A stretch of 64,000 nucleotides of DNA from Zoogloeaceae bacterium (GCA_031256795.1 JAIRPW010000013.1:21039-85038); one strand, 5' to 3'. Counted from the stretch's first letter, positions 30,187 to 41,738 are shown. Made by a program: numbers and translations. Notes: generated from the sequence alone by a model not told the origin.

Positions 30187-30806
30187 TATGCTTTTTCCAA
30201 AGCCAACGCCCGCGTCACAGTCGGACGCGCCGCGATCCGAACACGGAATGCCGCGATATTTTCCAGGCCGCCCAGATCAACCCGCGCGAATTCCGTCCAG
30301 GAAAGCACCGTGAAAAGATAGGCGTCCGCAACGGTAAACCCACTGGCAAATTGGTATTCCCGCCCCTGCAATTCCCGGTCAAGCCAGGCAAACAGCTCCC
30401 GCAAGCGCTGACGCGCCGCGTCTTTGCTTGGTTCAGGAGCGCCCACGAAAAGCGGCACAAACCCTTTGTGAACTTCACTGGAAATAAAACAGAGCCGCTC
30501 CAGCACCTTGGCGCGCGCAAACCCGTTATCCGGTGACGGCGCAAGATTTTTCCCCGGCGCATGATCCGCGATATATAAAAGAATCGCGGGATTCTCAAAT
30601 AGCCGCCGACCATCCTCAAGCTCCAAAACCGGCACATAGCCCAAAGGGCTGACCGCGCGAAAATCCGATCCGTCCGGCAAGCTCTGGCGTACGGCATTCC
30701 CTGTTCTTTCGCAGACCACCCGCGCGGCTTCATAAGCCACGCCGGATTCCTCCAGCGCAATGCGCGAAGCCAATGAGCAGGTTCCGCTTTGATGATAGAG
30801 TTTCAT
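30186..30806 (-). CDS. Glutathione S-transferase
   Basis: [50 protein letters not shown]; start refined. Confidence 0.9.
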   Translation of the reverse strand: MKLYHQSGTCSLASRIALEESGVAYEAARVVCERTGNAVRQSLPDGSDFRAVSPLGYVPVLELEDGRRLFENPAILLYIADHAPGKNLAPSPDNGFARAKVLERLCFISSEVHKGFVPLFVGAPEPSKDAARQRLRELFAWLDRELQGREYQFASGFTVADAYLFTVLSWTEFARVDLGGLENIAAFRVRIAARPTVTRALALEKA

Positions 30807-30822
30807 CGAGTTTTCCTCCTTC

Positions 30823-32283
30823 TTACAAATTACATGCCGGATGGCGCGTATGCCAATCCGTCGCTCGCTGAAAAACATGCGCGATGGCGAGTACTCTCGC
30901 CTCGTCAAAATAATTGCCAATAAGCTGCAATCCGATCGGCAGACCCTTGGCGTCAAAACCGCAGGGCAGCGACAAAGCCGGCAAGCCCGCCAGATTGACC
31001 GCAATCGTGTAAATGTCCGAAAGATACATCTCGACCGGATCGGCGCGCTTTTCGCCCAGCGCGAAGGCCGTGCCGGGACTGGTTGGACCCAAAAGCACGT
31101 CGCAGCGCTTGAAGGCTTCCGCGAAATCATTGGCAATCAAGCGGCGCGCCCGCTGCGCCTGCAAATAGTAGGCGTCATAGTACCCATGCGAAAGCACATA
31201 GGTTCCAATCAAAATGCGGCGTTTTACTTCCGCGCCAAATCCCTGCGCACGGCTTTTCTCGTACATCTCCGTGAGATTCGCGTATTCCGGCGCGCGGTAG
31301 CCATAGCGCACCCCGTCAAAGCGGGAAAGGTTGGAACTCGCTTCCGCCGGAGCGATTACATAATAGGCAGGCACGGAAAGCCGCATATTGGGCAAGGTCA
31401 CTTCTACGGTTTTCGCGCCCAGTTTTTGATATTCGGCAAGAGCGGCCTGAACCGCCGTCATCACTTCCGCGTCACAACCCTCGCTGAAAAACTCTTTCGG
31501 CAAACCAATCGTCAGACCAGCAAATGGCGCGTCCATAAGACGGCTATAGTCCTCTGCGGGACGTTCCAGCGACGTGGAATCCTTTTCGTCAAAACCCGCC
31601 ATCGCGGAAAGCACAAGGGCACAATCTTCAGCTGTGCGCCCGATGACCCCGCCCTGATCCAGCGAAGAGGCAAAGGCAATCATTCCGTAGCGAGAAACAA
31701 TGCCATATGTCGGCTTGACTCCCGTAAGACCGCAAAGCGCCGCAGGCTGGCGAATGGACCCCCCGGTATCCGTACCGGTGGCTACCGGCGTCAATCCCGC
31801 CGCCACCGCCGCCGCCGAACCTCCAGAAGAACCGCCCGGAACGCGCGCCTCATCCCAGGGATTTTTTACCGCGCCGAAATAAGAGGTTTCATTGGACGAC
31901 CCCATCGCGAATTCGTCCATATTGGTTTTGCCTAGCGATACCATTCCCGCTTCCCGCTCAAGTTTCGTGACCACGGTAGCGTCGTAGGGCGCGATAAAGT
32001 TCTCCAGCATTCTGGAGGCGCAGGTCGTGCGCCATCCCTGGGCGCAAAAAATATCCTTCTGCGCAAGCGGAATCCCGGTAAGCGGCGAGGCATTCCCTGC
32101 CGCAAGGCGGGCGTCGGCTTCTGTAGCCGCAGCCAGGGTTTTTTCCTCGTCTACTGTAATAAAAGCGTTGATCCGCGCGTTCATCCGCGCAATGCGATCA
32201 AGAAATAGCCGGGCAAGCTCAACACTGGAAATTTTTTTTGCGGCGAGCGCCGCGCGAAGCGTTGATAAAGAAGCGTAAATCAT
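30823..32283 (-). CDS. gatA: Asp/Glu-tRNA amidotransferase subunit A
   Basis: [36 protein letters not shown]. Confidence 0.97.
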   Translation of the reverse strand: MIYASLSTLRAALAAKKISSVELARLFLDRIARMNARINAFITVDEEKTLAAATEADARLAAGNASPLTGIPLAQKDIFCAQGWRTTCASRMLENFIAPYDATVVTKLEREAGMVSLGKTNMDEFAMGSSNETSYFGAVKNPWDEARVPGGSSGGSAAAVAAGLTPVATGTDTGGSIRQPAALCGLTGVKPTYGIVSRYGMIAFASSLDQGGVIGRTAEDCALVLSAMAGFDEKDSTSLERPAEDYSRLMDAPFAGLTIGLPKEFFSEGCDAEVMTAVQAALAEYQKLGAKTVEVTLPNMRLSVPAYYVIAPAEASSNLSRFDGVRYGYRAPEYANLTEMYEKSRAQGFGAEVKRRILIGTYVLSHGYYDAYYLQAQRARRLIANDFAEAFKRCDVLLGPTSPGTAFALGEKRADPVEMYLSDIYTIAVNLAGLPALSLPCGFDAKGLPIGLQLIGNYFDEARVLAIAHVFQRATDWHTRHPACNL

Positions 32284-32579
32284 TCAATGACTCTAGGAAC
32301 AAGGTAAAGCCCCGCTTCGACTTCCGGCGCGATGGATTGAAAAAGATCGCGCTGCGCCGCGTCGGAATCCGTATATGTCACGGCGTCCTCGCGCAGGCGT
32401 TGAAAGACGTCCTGCGCGTGCGCCATCGGCGCAACCCCTTGCGTATCAGCGGTTTGCAAAATTTCAATCAGAGAAAAAATATCATTGAGCTGCTGACGCG
32501 CGGTTCCACTTGCGTCCGGCGTCATTTCAAGACGCGCCAGAGCCGCGATGCGTTCAACTTCCAAAACAGTGAGCGGCAT
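32280..32579 (-). CDS. gatC: Asp/Glu-tRNA amidotransferase subunit C
   Basis: IAALARL...RLREDAVT...YLVPRVIE; precedes gatA. Confidence 0.92.
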   Translation of the reverse strand: MPLTVLEVERIAALARLEMTPDASGTARQQLNDIFSLIEILQTADTQGVAPMAHAQDVFQRLREDAVTYTDSDAAQRDLFQSIAPEVEAGLYLVPRVIE

Positions 32580-32629
32580 GCGCATACTTCCATGCAGATG
32601 TGTAGACAAGACAAGAACAAAAAACGTAA

Positions 32630-33784
<1,155 letters not shown>

Positions 33785-33863
33785 TGGTTACCGGGCAGCC
33801 GCCAATTTTCCTTGTAACTGGACGCGCCTGGGCATGGACTAGCGCGCGGAAGCGGCCAGCGTT

Positions 33864-34748
33864 GTGAGCGAAAAATATCCGCCGCCACTTTTTCAGCACG
33901 GCCCAATGCCGTTGACGGTTCTGTTTTTTTATATTGCGCTTGCTGTCGCGCTCTTTGTGCTGGATTTCCGCTTTCATGCGATTGGTTTTTTGCGCCAGGG
34001 GATTTTTGTGCTGACGGTTCCCTTGCAGCGTTTGTCGCAAGTTCCCAAAAATTTTTTACTGGAGAGCAAGCGTTATTTTTATACTCTGGACAGCGCGCGA
34101 ACGGAAACTGAACGTCTGAAAGCTGCCGCGCTGGTTGCCGCCCTTGATCTCAATCGTGTCACGCAATTGAAATCAGAGAATGACAATTTGCGCGCGCTTT
34201 TGGAGTTACGGAGACGTGAGAAAGTCGGCGGTCAGGCGGCCAATGTGCTATATACCGCGCGCGATCCTTTTTCCCGGCGAGTGTACATTGACAAAGGAAG
34301 TCAGCAAGGCATACGAGAAGGATTACCGGTCATTGACAGCAAAGGCATTATCGGCCAGATTACGTTTACTTTCCCCTTTTCTTCGGAAGTCACTCTGCTC
34401 ACGGACAAAAGTCAGGCCATTCCGGTGCAAATTGAGCGCACCGGTCAGCGTTCAATTACCTTTGGTCTGGGCAACGGTCAAGTAGAATTACGGTATATGC
34501 CCAGCAATGCCGACGTTGTCATTGGTGATATTCTGCATACATCTGGCCTGGACGGTATCTATCCAGCAGGCTTTCAGGTTGCCCGCGTCACGCAGGTTGC
34601 GCGTGATAACGCTTATGCTTTTGCGCGCATCGTCGCAATGCCGCTGGCGGACGTAGAAGGGCATAATCTTGTAATGGTGCTGGATATTCAGGAAAAATCA
34701 CCGCTTCCGGTAGAGCAAAAAAATGCCGAAAATCGGGAGGATTATTAA
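33864..34748 (+). CDS. mreC: Rod shape-determining protein MreC
   Basis: ENDNLRALL, GDILHTSGLDGIYPAG; position after mreB. Confidence 0.92.
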   Translation: MSEKYPPPLFQHGPMPLTVLFFYIALAVALFVLDFRFHAIGFLRQGIFVLTVPLQRLSQVPKNFLLESKRYFYTLDSARTETERLKAAALVAALDLNRVTQLKSENDNLRALLELRRREKVGGQAANVLYTARDPFSRRVYIDKGSQQGIREGLPVIDSKGIIGQITFTFPFSSEVTLLTDKSQAIPVQIERTGQRSITFGLGNGQVELRYMPSNADVVIGDILHTSGLDGIYPAGFQVARVTQVARDNAYAFARIVAMPLADVEGHNLVMVLDIQEKSPLPVEQKNAENREDY

Positions 34749-34750
34749 CT

Positions 34751-35275
34751 ATGCAAACTCCCAATCATCAATCCAACCGAATTTTGCGCCCGGTACGCCC
34801 CTGGTTTATTGTACTGAGTATTCTGATTGCGCTTCTGCTCAATATGCTTCCGCCCCGGCAATGGCTCTTTATGCCGGATTGGGTATTGCTGACGTTGTGC
34901 TTTTGGAGTATCCGCGAGGGACAAAAAATCGGTATGGGCGTTGCTTTTTGCCTGGGGCTGTTTATGGATGTTGCCGATAGCGCGGCGCTAGGCCAACATG
35001 CGCTGGCCTACGTTATTGCCAGTTATACCGCCAGTGCTTTTTCCAAGCGGATTCTCTGGTTTTCTCTTCCGCTGCAGGCGCTGCATGTTTTCCCTATCTT
35101 TCTGGCGACCTCTGCGCTGCAAATTTTTATCCAACTTGTCGCGGGAAAGGATTTCCCTGGTTTTGCGCAATTTCTCCCTTCCTTTGTTGCCGCCGCGCTT
35201 TGGCCGCTGCTCAGTTTTTTTCTTTTATTGCCGCAATATCAGCCGGAATTCCGGGATGAAACCCGGCCTATTTAG
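34751..35275 (+). CDS. mreD: Rod shape-determining protein MreD
   Basis: PDWVLL, GLFMDV...LGQHALAY. Confidence 0.9.
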   Translation: MQTPNHQSNRILRPVRPWFIVLSILIALLLNMLPPRQWLFMPDWVLLTLCFWSIREGQKIGMGVAFCLGLFMDVADSAALGQHALAYVIASYTASAFSKRILWFSLPLQALHVFPIFLATSALQIFIQLVAGKDFPGFAQFLPSFVAAALWPLLSFFLLLPQYQPEFRDETRPI

Positions 35276-35301
35276 TCTGCTGTTTTTAATGGGATCGTTC
35301 C

Positions 35302-37248
35302 ATGAATGATTTTCATCATAAGCAGCGGGAGTTGGAGCGCTTTCGCAGACGGCTTTTATTGGCGCTGGCCTTTATTTTTTCCCTTTTTTGCGCGCTTTTT
35401 TCCAAATTATTTTATCTGCAAGTCTTGCGGCACGATCATTACACCACGCTTGCGGAAAGTAATCGTATTTCGCTGATCCCTATTATTCCAAATCGCGGGA
35501 ATATTTTAGACCGTAATGGCGTGATACTTGCGCGGAATTATTCCGCTTTTACCCTAGAAATTACGCCCTCTCAAATAGAAAATATAGATAAAACCATTGC
35601 GGCGCTTTCAGAAATCATAAAAATTGAGCCCAAGGACAGGAGGCGGTTTAATCGGCTTTTGCAGGAATCCAGAAACTTTGATTCCATCCCTATCCGCACG
35701 CAATTGTCGGATGAAGAGGTCGCCAGTTTCTCCGCTCGCCGCTATCGTTTCCCTGGTGTTGATATCAAGGCGCGCCTGTTTCGGGAATATCCCGAAGGGA
35801 ATGCTGCCGCACATGTTATTGGTTATATCGGGCGCATCAATCAAAAGGATGAGGAGTGGATCCGCGCGGAGTACCAAGAAAGCAATTATAAGGGGACGGA
35901 GCATATTGGTAAAATTGGTGTTGAACAGTTTTATGAATTTGAATTGCATGGGACTACGGGTTATGCGCAGTTAGAAATTGACGCCAATGGTCGCGCGGTG
36001 CAGATTTTAAGCAGTACCTCTGCCGTCCCTGGAAATAATTTGAAGTTAACTTTGGATATGGGATTGCAAAAAGTTGCGGAAAGCGCTTTCATAGATCGTC
36101 GAGGCGCGCTGGTAGCTTTAGATCCTAGAAACGGCGCCATTCTGGCTATGGTTTCCGCACCGACCTTTGACCCTAACCTTTTTGTGGATGGTATTCGCTC
36201 GGACGATTGGGAAGAACTGAATAATAATATTGATAAACCCATGCTGAATCGCGCTATTTACAGCGCTTATCCTCCAGGATCAACCTTTAAACCTATGATG
36301 GCAATGGCCGCCTTGACAGAAAAGAAAAGAACCCCGCAGCAAACCATTTATGATCCTGGTTACTTTATTTTTGGTAATCATCGTTTTTTGGATGACAAGC
36401 CTGGCGGACATGGTATTGTAGATATGATGACTTCCATTGTTGTGTCTTGCAATACTTATTACTACCAGCTTGCCGCAGATATGGGTATTGATTTAATAGC
36501 CCGTTTCATGGGAGGTCTTGGTTTAGGAAAGCGCACTGGAATTGATATTCCCGGAGAAAGTGACGGAATTTTACCTTCCCCGGAATGGAAGGAAAAACGC
36601 TTTAAGAAACCTGAACAACAAAAATGGTATGCGGGAGAAACTATTTCAGTAGGAATTGGGCAAGGATATAATGCGTATACGCCGTTGCAAATGGCGCACG
36701 CTTATGCCAACATATTAAATTATGGTAAAGTGTTTCGTCCGCATTTAGTTGATAGCATCAATAATCCCAGCACAAATGAAACGCGCACGCTTGAATATCC
36801 AATAACACGTCAAATCGCGCTTGATCCAAAGCATGTAGATTTCATTAAAAAAGCGATGGCGGGTGTTAATAAACAAGGCACTGGCGCGCGCGCGTTTGCC
36901 AATGCGCCCTATGAATCCGGAGGAAAAACAGGAACTGCTCAAGTTTTCAGTTTGCGCGGACAAAAATATGTTTCTGGGCGTTTGCGGGAGCGGTTGCGTG
37001 ACCATGCCTGGTTTATTGCGTTTGCGCCATTGGAAAACCCGACGATTGTAGCGGCAATACTGGTTGAAAACAGCGGATTTGGCGCGCAATATGCCGCGCC
37101 TATCGCCCGCCGGATTTTTGATTATTATCTTGCAGGAAAAGCTCCAGAAGGGGCGCTTGTGCCTGTAGAACCAGAAGAGGAAACTTTAGAAGGCGAAGCA
37201 GAAAAACACAATTCAGGAGAAAATCCTCATGCGCCCTCGCCGAATTAA
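35302..37248 (+). CDS. mrdA: Penicillin-binding protein 2
   Basis: PNRGNILDRNG, YPPGSTFK, SCN, GKTGTAQV. Confidence 0.95.
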   Translation: MNDFHHKQRELERFRRRLLLALAFIFSLFCALFSKLFYLQVLRHDHYTTLAESNRISLIPIIPNRGNILDRNGVILARNYSAFTLEITPSQIENIDKTIAALSEIIKIEPKDRRRFNRLLQESRNFDSIPIRTQLSDEEVASFSARRYRFPGVDIKARLFREYPEGNAAAHVIGYIGRINQKDEEWIRAEYQESNYKGTEHIGKIGVEQFYEFELHGTTGYAQLEIDANGRAVQILSSTSAVPGNNLKLTLDMGLQKVAESAFIDRRGALVALDPRNGAILAMVSAPTFDPNLFVDGIRSDDWEELNNNIDKPMLNRAIYSAYPPGSTFKPMMAMAALTEKKRTPQQTIYDPGYFIFGNHRFLDDKPGGHGIVDMMTSIVVSCNTYYYQLAADMGIDLIARFMGGLGLGKRTGIDIPGESDGILPSPEWKEKRFKKPEQQKWYAGETISVGIGQGYNAYTPLQMAHAYANILNYGKVFRPHLVDSINNPSTNETRTLEYPITRQIALDPKHVDFIKKAMAGVNKQGTGARAFANAPYESGGKTGTAQVFSLRGQKYVSGRLRERLRDHAWFIAFAPLENPTIVAAILVENSGFGAQYAAPIARRIFDYYLAGKAPEGALVPVEPEEETLEGEAEKHNSGENPHAPSPN

Positions 37249-38338
37249 ACTTTTTTTCTTCAGAATCGCCGCGCATCTTGATCCGGCCTTGATACTCATT
37301 GTTTTGTTTCTAATGAGTGTTGGTTTAGTTTGCGTATATTCAGCCAGTTATCCGGACAATATTACGCGCTTTAATAGCCAGATTATCAATATGATTCTAG
37401 CTTTTCTTCTGATGATTCTGGTCGCGCAAATTTCGCCACACAAGCTTATGCGTCTCGCGCCAATCTTTTATCTTGCGGGATTTATTTTACTCATAGCAGT
37501 AGATCGCTTTGGTGTTGTAGTCAATGGGTCAAGGCGCTGGATTTCCCTTTTTGGCATTATCCGCATTCAGCCTTCTGAGATTATGAAAATTGCTATGCCG
37601 ATGATTTTAGCCTGGTATTTTCATAAAAATGAATCTACGCTTACCTTAAAAACTTTTATTGTTTCCGGGATTTTGCTTATTTTACCTATTATATTTATTT
37701 TGAAACAGCCAGACTTGGGAACTTCTTTGTTGGTTGGCGCTGCGGGATTTTCTGTTATTTTTTTCGCGGGTTTGTCCTGGAAGATAATAATGGGATTTTG
37801 CGCTGGCGGATTGGCTATATTACCTTTTGTTTGGGAACGAATGCATGATTATCAGCGACGCCGGGTTTTGACTTTGTTCGATCCTTCTTCGGACCCTTTA
37901 GGCGCGGGGTATCATATTATTCAGTCGACAATCGCCATTGGCTCTGGAGGAGTTTTCGGCAAAGGTTGGCTGCATGGAACGCAAACGCACCTAAAATTTA
38001 TCCCTGAAAAGCATACTGATTTTATATTTGCCGTATTGGCGGAAGAATGGGGGATTATAGGATCAATTGTTCTATTATTCCTATTCTTCTGTTTAATTGT
38101 GCGCGGCTTGATGATTTCCTCTACCGCAACAACTTTATTTTCTCGCTTGCTGGCCGCTTCTATTTCCATGGTATTTTTTATTTATGCTTTTGTAAATATC
38201 GGCATGGTTTCCGGTTTTTTGCCTGTTGTAGGTGTTCCGCTTCCCTTTATTAGCTATGGCGGAACAGCATTGTTAACGCTTATGCTGGGCGTTGGCATTT
38301 TAATGAGCATCCAGACACACCGCACTTTGACAAAATGA
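37229..38338 (+). CDS. rodA: Rod shape-determining SEDS protein RodA
   Basis: IQPSEIMK, QPDLGT, PEKHTDFIF, GVPLPFISYGGT. Confidence 0.95.
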   Translation: MRPRRIKLFFFRIAAHLDPALILIVLFLMSVGLVCVYSASYPDNITRFNSQIINMILAFLLMILVAQISPHKLMRLAPIFYLAGFILLIAVDRFGVVVNGSRRWISLFGIIRIQPSEIMKIAMPMILAWYFHKNESTLTLKTFIVSGILLILPIIFILKQPDLGTSLLVGAAGFSVIFFAGLSWKIIMGFCAGGLAILPFVWERMHDYQRRRVLTLFDPSSDPLGAGYHIIQSTIAIGSGGVFGKGWLHGTQTHLKFIPEKHTDFIFAVLAEEWGIIGSIVLLFLFFCLIVRGLMISSTATTLFSRLLAASISMVFFIYAFVNIGMVSGFLPVVGVPLPFISYGGTALLTLMLGVGILMSIQTHRTLTK

Positions 38339-39306
38339 AAAAAATCATTCTTTTCAACCTTGCTTTTTTTCTTTGTTTCTGGCTTTCTGGATGTTCCGTC
38401 TTTTCGGGACGAGCGCCTTCTGGAAAGGTAGTGACGACTTCCGGTAGTTCCATAAAAGGCGGCGGCGGATATTATAAAGATGATGGTCCAGGAGATATAA
38501 TTCCCGAACAATTACAACTTATTCCTGACGCTATACCGCGTGTGGAGCCGCTGCATAAAGGCGCAAGCCGTCCTTATGTTGTTTTGGGAAAACAGTATGT
38601 CCCACAAACCCGCATTCAAAATTTTCGCCAGCAAGGGATTGCAAGCTGGTATGGAAAAAAATTTCATGGACAAAAAACGTCTATTGGCGAAACTTATGAC
38701 ATGTTTGCCATGACGGCGGCTCATCCAACGCTTGCTTTACCTTCCTATGCGCGCGTAACTAATCCGGCCAATGGGAAAAGTGTTGTTGTGCGCGTAAATG
38801 ACCGCGGTCCTTTTCACGCGGGGCGTATCATGGACCTTTCTTATACTGCTGCTTATAAACTGGGCTATATTGAAAATGGCAGTGGCTTGGTCATTGTGGA
38901 AAGTTTGCTTCCTGGCAGTCCGCTTTTTGAACGACTGGCTGCTGCGTCTTCTGTTTCCGCGCCTGTTTCTGCCGCGCCGGAACCTGATCGCGCCGCTTTG
39001 GACGCGCTTGCTCTGGAGTTACAGCGAGAAGAAATCCAGGATGCAGCTGCTTTTGCTTCTTCTTCAATAAAATCCAGAGGAATTTTTCTTCAACTGGGCG
39101 CCTTTTCACAATCCGAAAATGCGGAAAATTTAAAAAAATACCTGTTGCGCAATTTGGATTGGTTATCCGATCCTCTTTTTATTTATGCGGCGGATCAACT
39201 CTACCGCTTACAAATGGGACCTTATTCGGACCGTTTCACCGCGCAGTCCGTAGCTGAACGCATTCGAGATACTTTGGGTTACGCTCCTACATTCGTAACA
39301 CGCTGA
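38335..39306 (+). CDS. rlpA: Septal ring lytic transglycosylase lipoprotein RlpA (DPBB + SPOR)
   Basis: Lipobox LSGC, GIASWYG, TAAHPTL, VNDRGPF, C-terminal LQLGAFS SPOR domain. Confidence 0.92.
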   Translation: MKKIILFNLAFFLCFWLSGCSVFSGRAPSGKVVTTSGSSIKGGGGYYKDDGPGDIIPEQLQLIPDAIPRVEPLHKGASRPYVVLGKQYVPQTRIQNFRQQGIASWYGKKFHGQKTSIGETYDMFAMTAAHPTLALPSYARVTNPANGKSVVVRVNDRGPFHAGRIMDLSYTAAYKLGYIENGSGLVIVESLLPGSPLFERLAAASSVSAPVSAAPEPDRAALDALALELQREEIQDAAAFASSSIKSRGIFLQLGAFSQSENAENLKKYLLRNLDWLSDPLFIYAADQLYRLQMGPYSDRFTAQSVAERIRDTLGYAPTFVTR

Positions 39307-39309
39307 AAT

Positions 39310-40275
39310 TCAATGCGTTAAAAATTCAAATAGCGGCACAATAAGCGCGCCTGAAAACATGAATGTAAATTGTTTACCAAAGCATCGTGATTGTTTTTTA
39401 TGACCGGTTAAAATTACGTTTTGTGCCTTAGTATGAAGAAAATCCTGTCCATGCGCGCATTCCTCTCCATGACGCAGCATAGGAATTAAATCGGCAAGCG
39501 CGATATAAATAAAACTTGCGGCAGCGATTACCAAAATATAAGGCATAGAATTTTCCGCGTCCGCCATAAAAAAATAACCAAAAACTCCACCCAGTGCCGC
39601 TGTTAAACTGGAAAGCGCATTGGCAATAAACGCTTTCAGGCGTGAAAGACCACCATGTAACAATATAATAAAATCCCCCAATTCTTGCGGAATTTCATGC
39701 GCCATAATCGCAAAAGTAGCTGTAATACCTAAAAGCGGGCTTGCCAAAAAAGAAGCCGCAATTAAAATTCCATCCACAAAATTATGAAAACCATCTCCAA
39801 CCAAAATCAGAGGTACTACAGAGCTGACGCGCCTTGCAACCTCTTTTCCTTGCGAACTTTCCTCATTTTCCTCTTCCGTATGCGCATGTCGCCACAGCGC
39901 GAAGTGTTCCAGAATAAAAAAACTTAAAATTCCGACAAATAAAGTTACAAATAACGGATAAAGCCCGCCTCCATGCGTTTTTTCTGCTGCGCCTTCGCCC
40001 CTGTGTTCATGTGAAATATTTTGTTCACCAGCTTCCGCGCTCGCAAAAAAATCTGCGTTCACTTCCCTTGCTTCCAGAAAATGTTCCGCCGCTTCCGGCA
40101 AAATGTCCAGACAGGCGGTGGAGAGCATCACTCCCGCCGCAAAAGCAACCATTGCTGAACGAGCCGTCTGAGAAAGGCGAAAAGCAAGCAGCGCGGCTAA
40201 AGAAATGCTCAGCAAACCCGCGAGAAACGTTGCCAGCATGATCATGGAAAAAACAGACATATCGTTAAGCCACAT
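39310..40275 (-). CDS. ZIP-family zinc/metal permease
   Basis: AFAAGVML, His-containing loop, GDGFHNFVDG, HEIPQELGDF. Confidence 0.9.
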   Translation of the reverse strand: MWLNDMSVFSMIMLATFLAGLLSISLAALLAFRLSQTARSAMVAFAAGVMLSTACLDILPEAAEHFLEAREVNADFFASAEAGEQNISHEHRGEGAAEKTHGGGLYPLFVTLFVGILSFFILEHFALWRHAHTEEENEESSQGKEVARRVSSVVPLILVGDGFHNFVDGILIAASFLASPLLGITATFAIMAHEIPQELGDFIILLHGGLSRLKAFIANALSSLTAALGGVFGYFFMADAENSMPYILVIAAASFIYIALADLIPMLRHGEECAHGQDFLHTKAQNVILTGHKKQSRCFGKQFTFMFSGALIVPLFEFLTH

Positions 40276-40389
40276 GAAAACCTCCAAAAGTTAAACGGCT
40301 ATCCAGATCACACAAAAAATCTCGTTGCGGCAAAATGGCGAAACCATGAAGAAAGCCAGCGTTGCGCTGCTTTTATGCACAACGCTGGC

Positions 40390-40407
40390 AGGATGTTATA
40401 ACATTAC
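40390..40407. promoter_or_regulatory. Zur-box-like palindrome between the divergent ZIP and zur genes
   Basis: AGGATGTTATAACATTAC with perfect core palindrome ATGTTATAACAT (40393-40404). Confidence 0.65.
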
Positions 40408-40444
40408 AAATCAAAAGGCAATCCGTTTCAAGAAAGGAAGCAAA

Positions 40445-40933
40445 ATGTCAACGGAAAACAACGATTTTTTTGAACACAAGAAAAAAATACATATAAAAAA
40501 CAAAAAGTTAGAACACTATATTGAAGAAATTGACGCGCGCGCCAAAACGCAGAACGCAGCGCTAACCCCTGTTCGTCGGGCAGTACTTACGCTTCTCTTT
40601 TTACACCCGCAAGGACTGAAAGCTTATGAATTGCTAGAGAAAATCAAGGAAGAGCGCAGTAACGCCAAGCCAACTACCGTTTACCGGGCCCTGGATTTTC
40701 TGATGGCGCAAGGATTCGCGCACAAAATTGGGCGTAACAATCTTTTTGTGGCATGCCATCATGTCTCTCATTATTTGCCCAGCCTTTTTTTGGTATGCCC
40801 GAAATGCCGAACCGTTACCGAACTTTCCGCCATACCGTTAATGCAAATGCTGAAAACCGAAGTTGGGAACGCGGGATTTCAGCTTACCAGTCCCGAGGTG
40901 GAGATCAGCGCGCTTTGCCCTGCTTGCGCCTGA
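40445..40933 (+). CDS. zur: Fur-family regulator, Zur type
   Basis: LTPVRRAVL, AYELL, PTTVYRALDFL, CxxC pairs (CPKC, CPAC); divergent from the ZIP permease. Confidence 0.75.
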   Translation: MSTENNDFFEHKKKIHIKNKKLEHYIEEIDARAKTQNAALTPVRRAVLTLLFLHPQGLKAYELLEKIKEERSNAKPTTVYRALDFLMAQGFAHKIGRNNLFVACHHVSHYLPSLFLVCPKCRTVTELSAIPLMQMLKTEVGNAGFQLTSPEVEISALCPACA

Positions 40934-41240
40934 CGTCCTAATAGTATTGAGTATAAAAAATAAAAACGTAAACAATAAGGAAGAGAACTCTGTGGAAAAC
41001 TTTAAAACATTACTAAAAACATAGAGTTATGCTTACTTTGAAACGAGGAAAAGGAATAGAAAAAGCTGTGGAGAAAAAAGGGATACTTTTCGTTTTTCTT
41101 TTTTTCTCTAACTTACCCGCATTTTTTACAGAAATTTTCTATACGTTGTCCACAAGCGGAACGGAGATGAAATAGAACCCGCTGGAAAGAGACGGGCATG
41201 TGACTAGCGAGTTTCCGAGCATTTGCGGCGTCATACAAAC
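40934..41240. other. Candidate chromosomal replication origin (oriC)
   Basis: AT-rich gene-free gap; DnaA-box matches TGTGGAAAA 40991-40999, TGTGGAGAA 41067-41075, TTGTCCACA 41146-41154; GC-skew sign change across the region. Confidence 0.55.
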
Positions 41241-41242
41241 AA

Positions 41243-41270
41243 AAAACCCGCAGACAACGCTGCGGGTTTT
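41243..41270. terminator. Intrinsic (bidirectional-type) terminator
   Basis: AAAACCCGCAG-acaacg-CTGCGGGTTTT hairpin just downstream of the 41292-41738 gene. Confidence 0.8.
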
Positions 41271-41291
41271 GAAAATTGGTCCTTGCTGCGC

Positions 41292-41738
41292 TTAATCTTG
41301 GCGCTTGCTGCGTTTGATGGCTTCATCTACGTTAACTTCCTGGACAGGAGGTTTGTTGGGAAGCGCTTTTTTTGCGGGAGGAACTTTGGTTTCCTCTTCA
41401 TTTTTTTTGCGAACCAACGCTTCAACCCACAGGGAATCTCCGCCGTTCCAGGGCATGAAAATGCGCATGGAGACCCGCGCGGCTTCTTCCAGAAAGGGTT
41501 CTATATTGGCTTCAACCCGGGGCATCCAGGGGGAAAAAATGGACAACCAGTTTTTCCCGAATAGAGAAAGCGCGTCTTTTCCAGAATCGTCCGCTTTATT
41601 CATCGGCAGAGAAAACGCGGAAAACATGGAGGAAGACAACGGAGAAGACAAGGAAGAAAGCCAAAATTGGTTCATTTCCAGCCATGACTTTTGCAGGAGG
41701 CCAAAATAACCGCTCCAGATATTTTCCTCATTTTGCAT
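41292..41738 (-). CDS. Hypothetical protein
   Basis: 148-aa ORF filling the gap after queC, followed by a terminator; Trp/Ser-rich N-terminus and K/P-rich tail. Confidence 0.6.
   Translation of the reverse strand: MQNEENIWSGYFGLLQKSWLEMNQFWLSSLSSPLSSSMFSAFSLPMNKADDSGKDALSLFGKNWLSIFSPWMPRVEANIEPFLEEAARVSMRIFMPWNGGDSLWVEALVRKKNEEETKVPPAKKALPNKPPVQEVNVDEAIKRSKRQD

Noticed and set aside
40002-40019. parS-like TGTGTTCATGTGAAATA in the ZIP gene
   Set aside because: Four mismatches in the 14-bp core and not palindromic.
40325-40444. Lipoprotein-like N-terminal extension of Zur (MKKASVALLLCTTLAGC)
   Set aside because: It runs through the Zur-box palindrome and promoter region. A lipidated cytoplasmic regulator is implausible, and the ATG at 40445 gives a normal-sized Zur.
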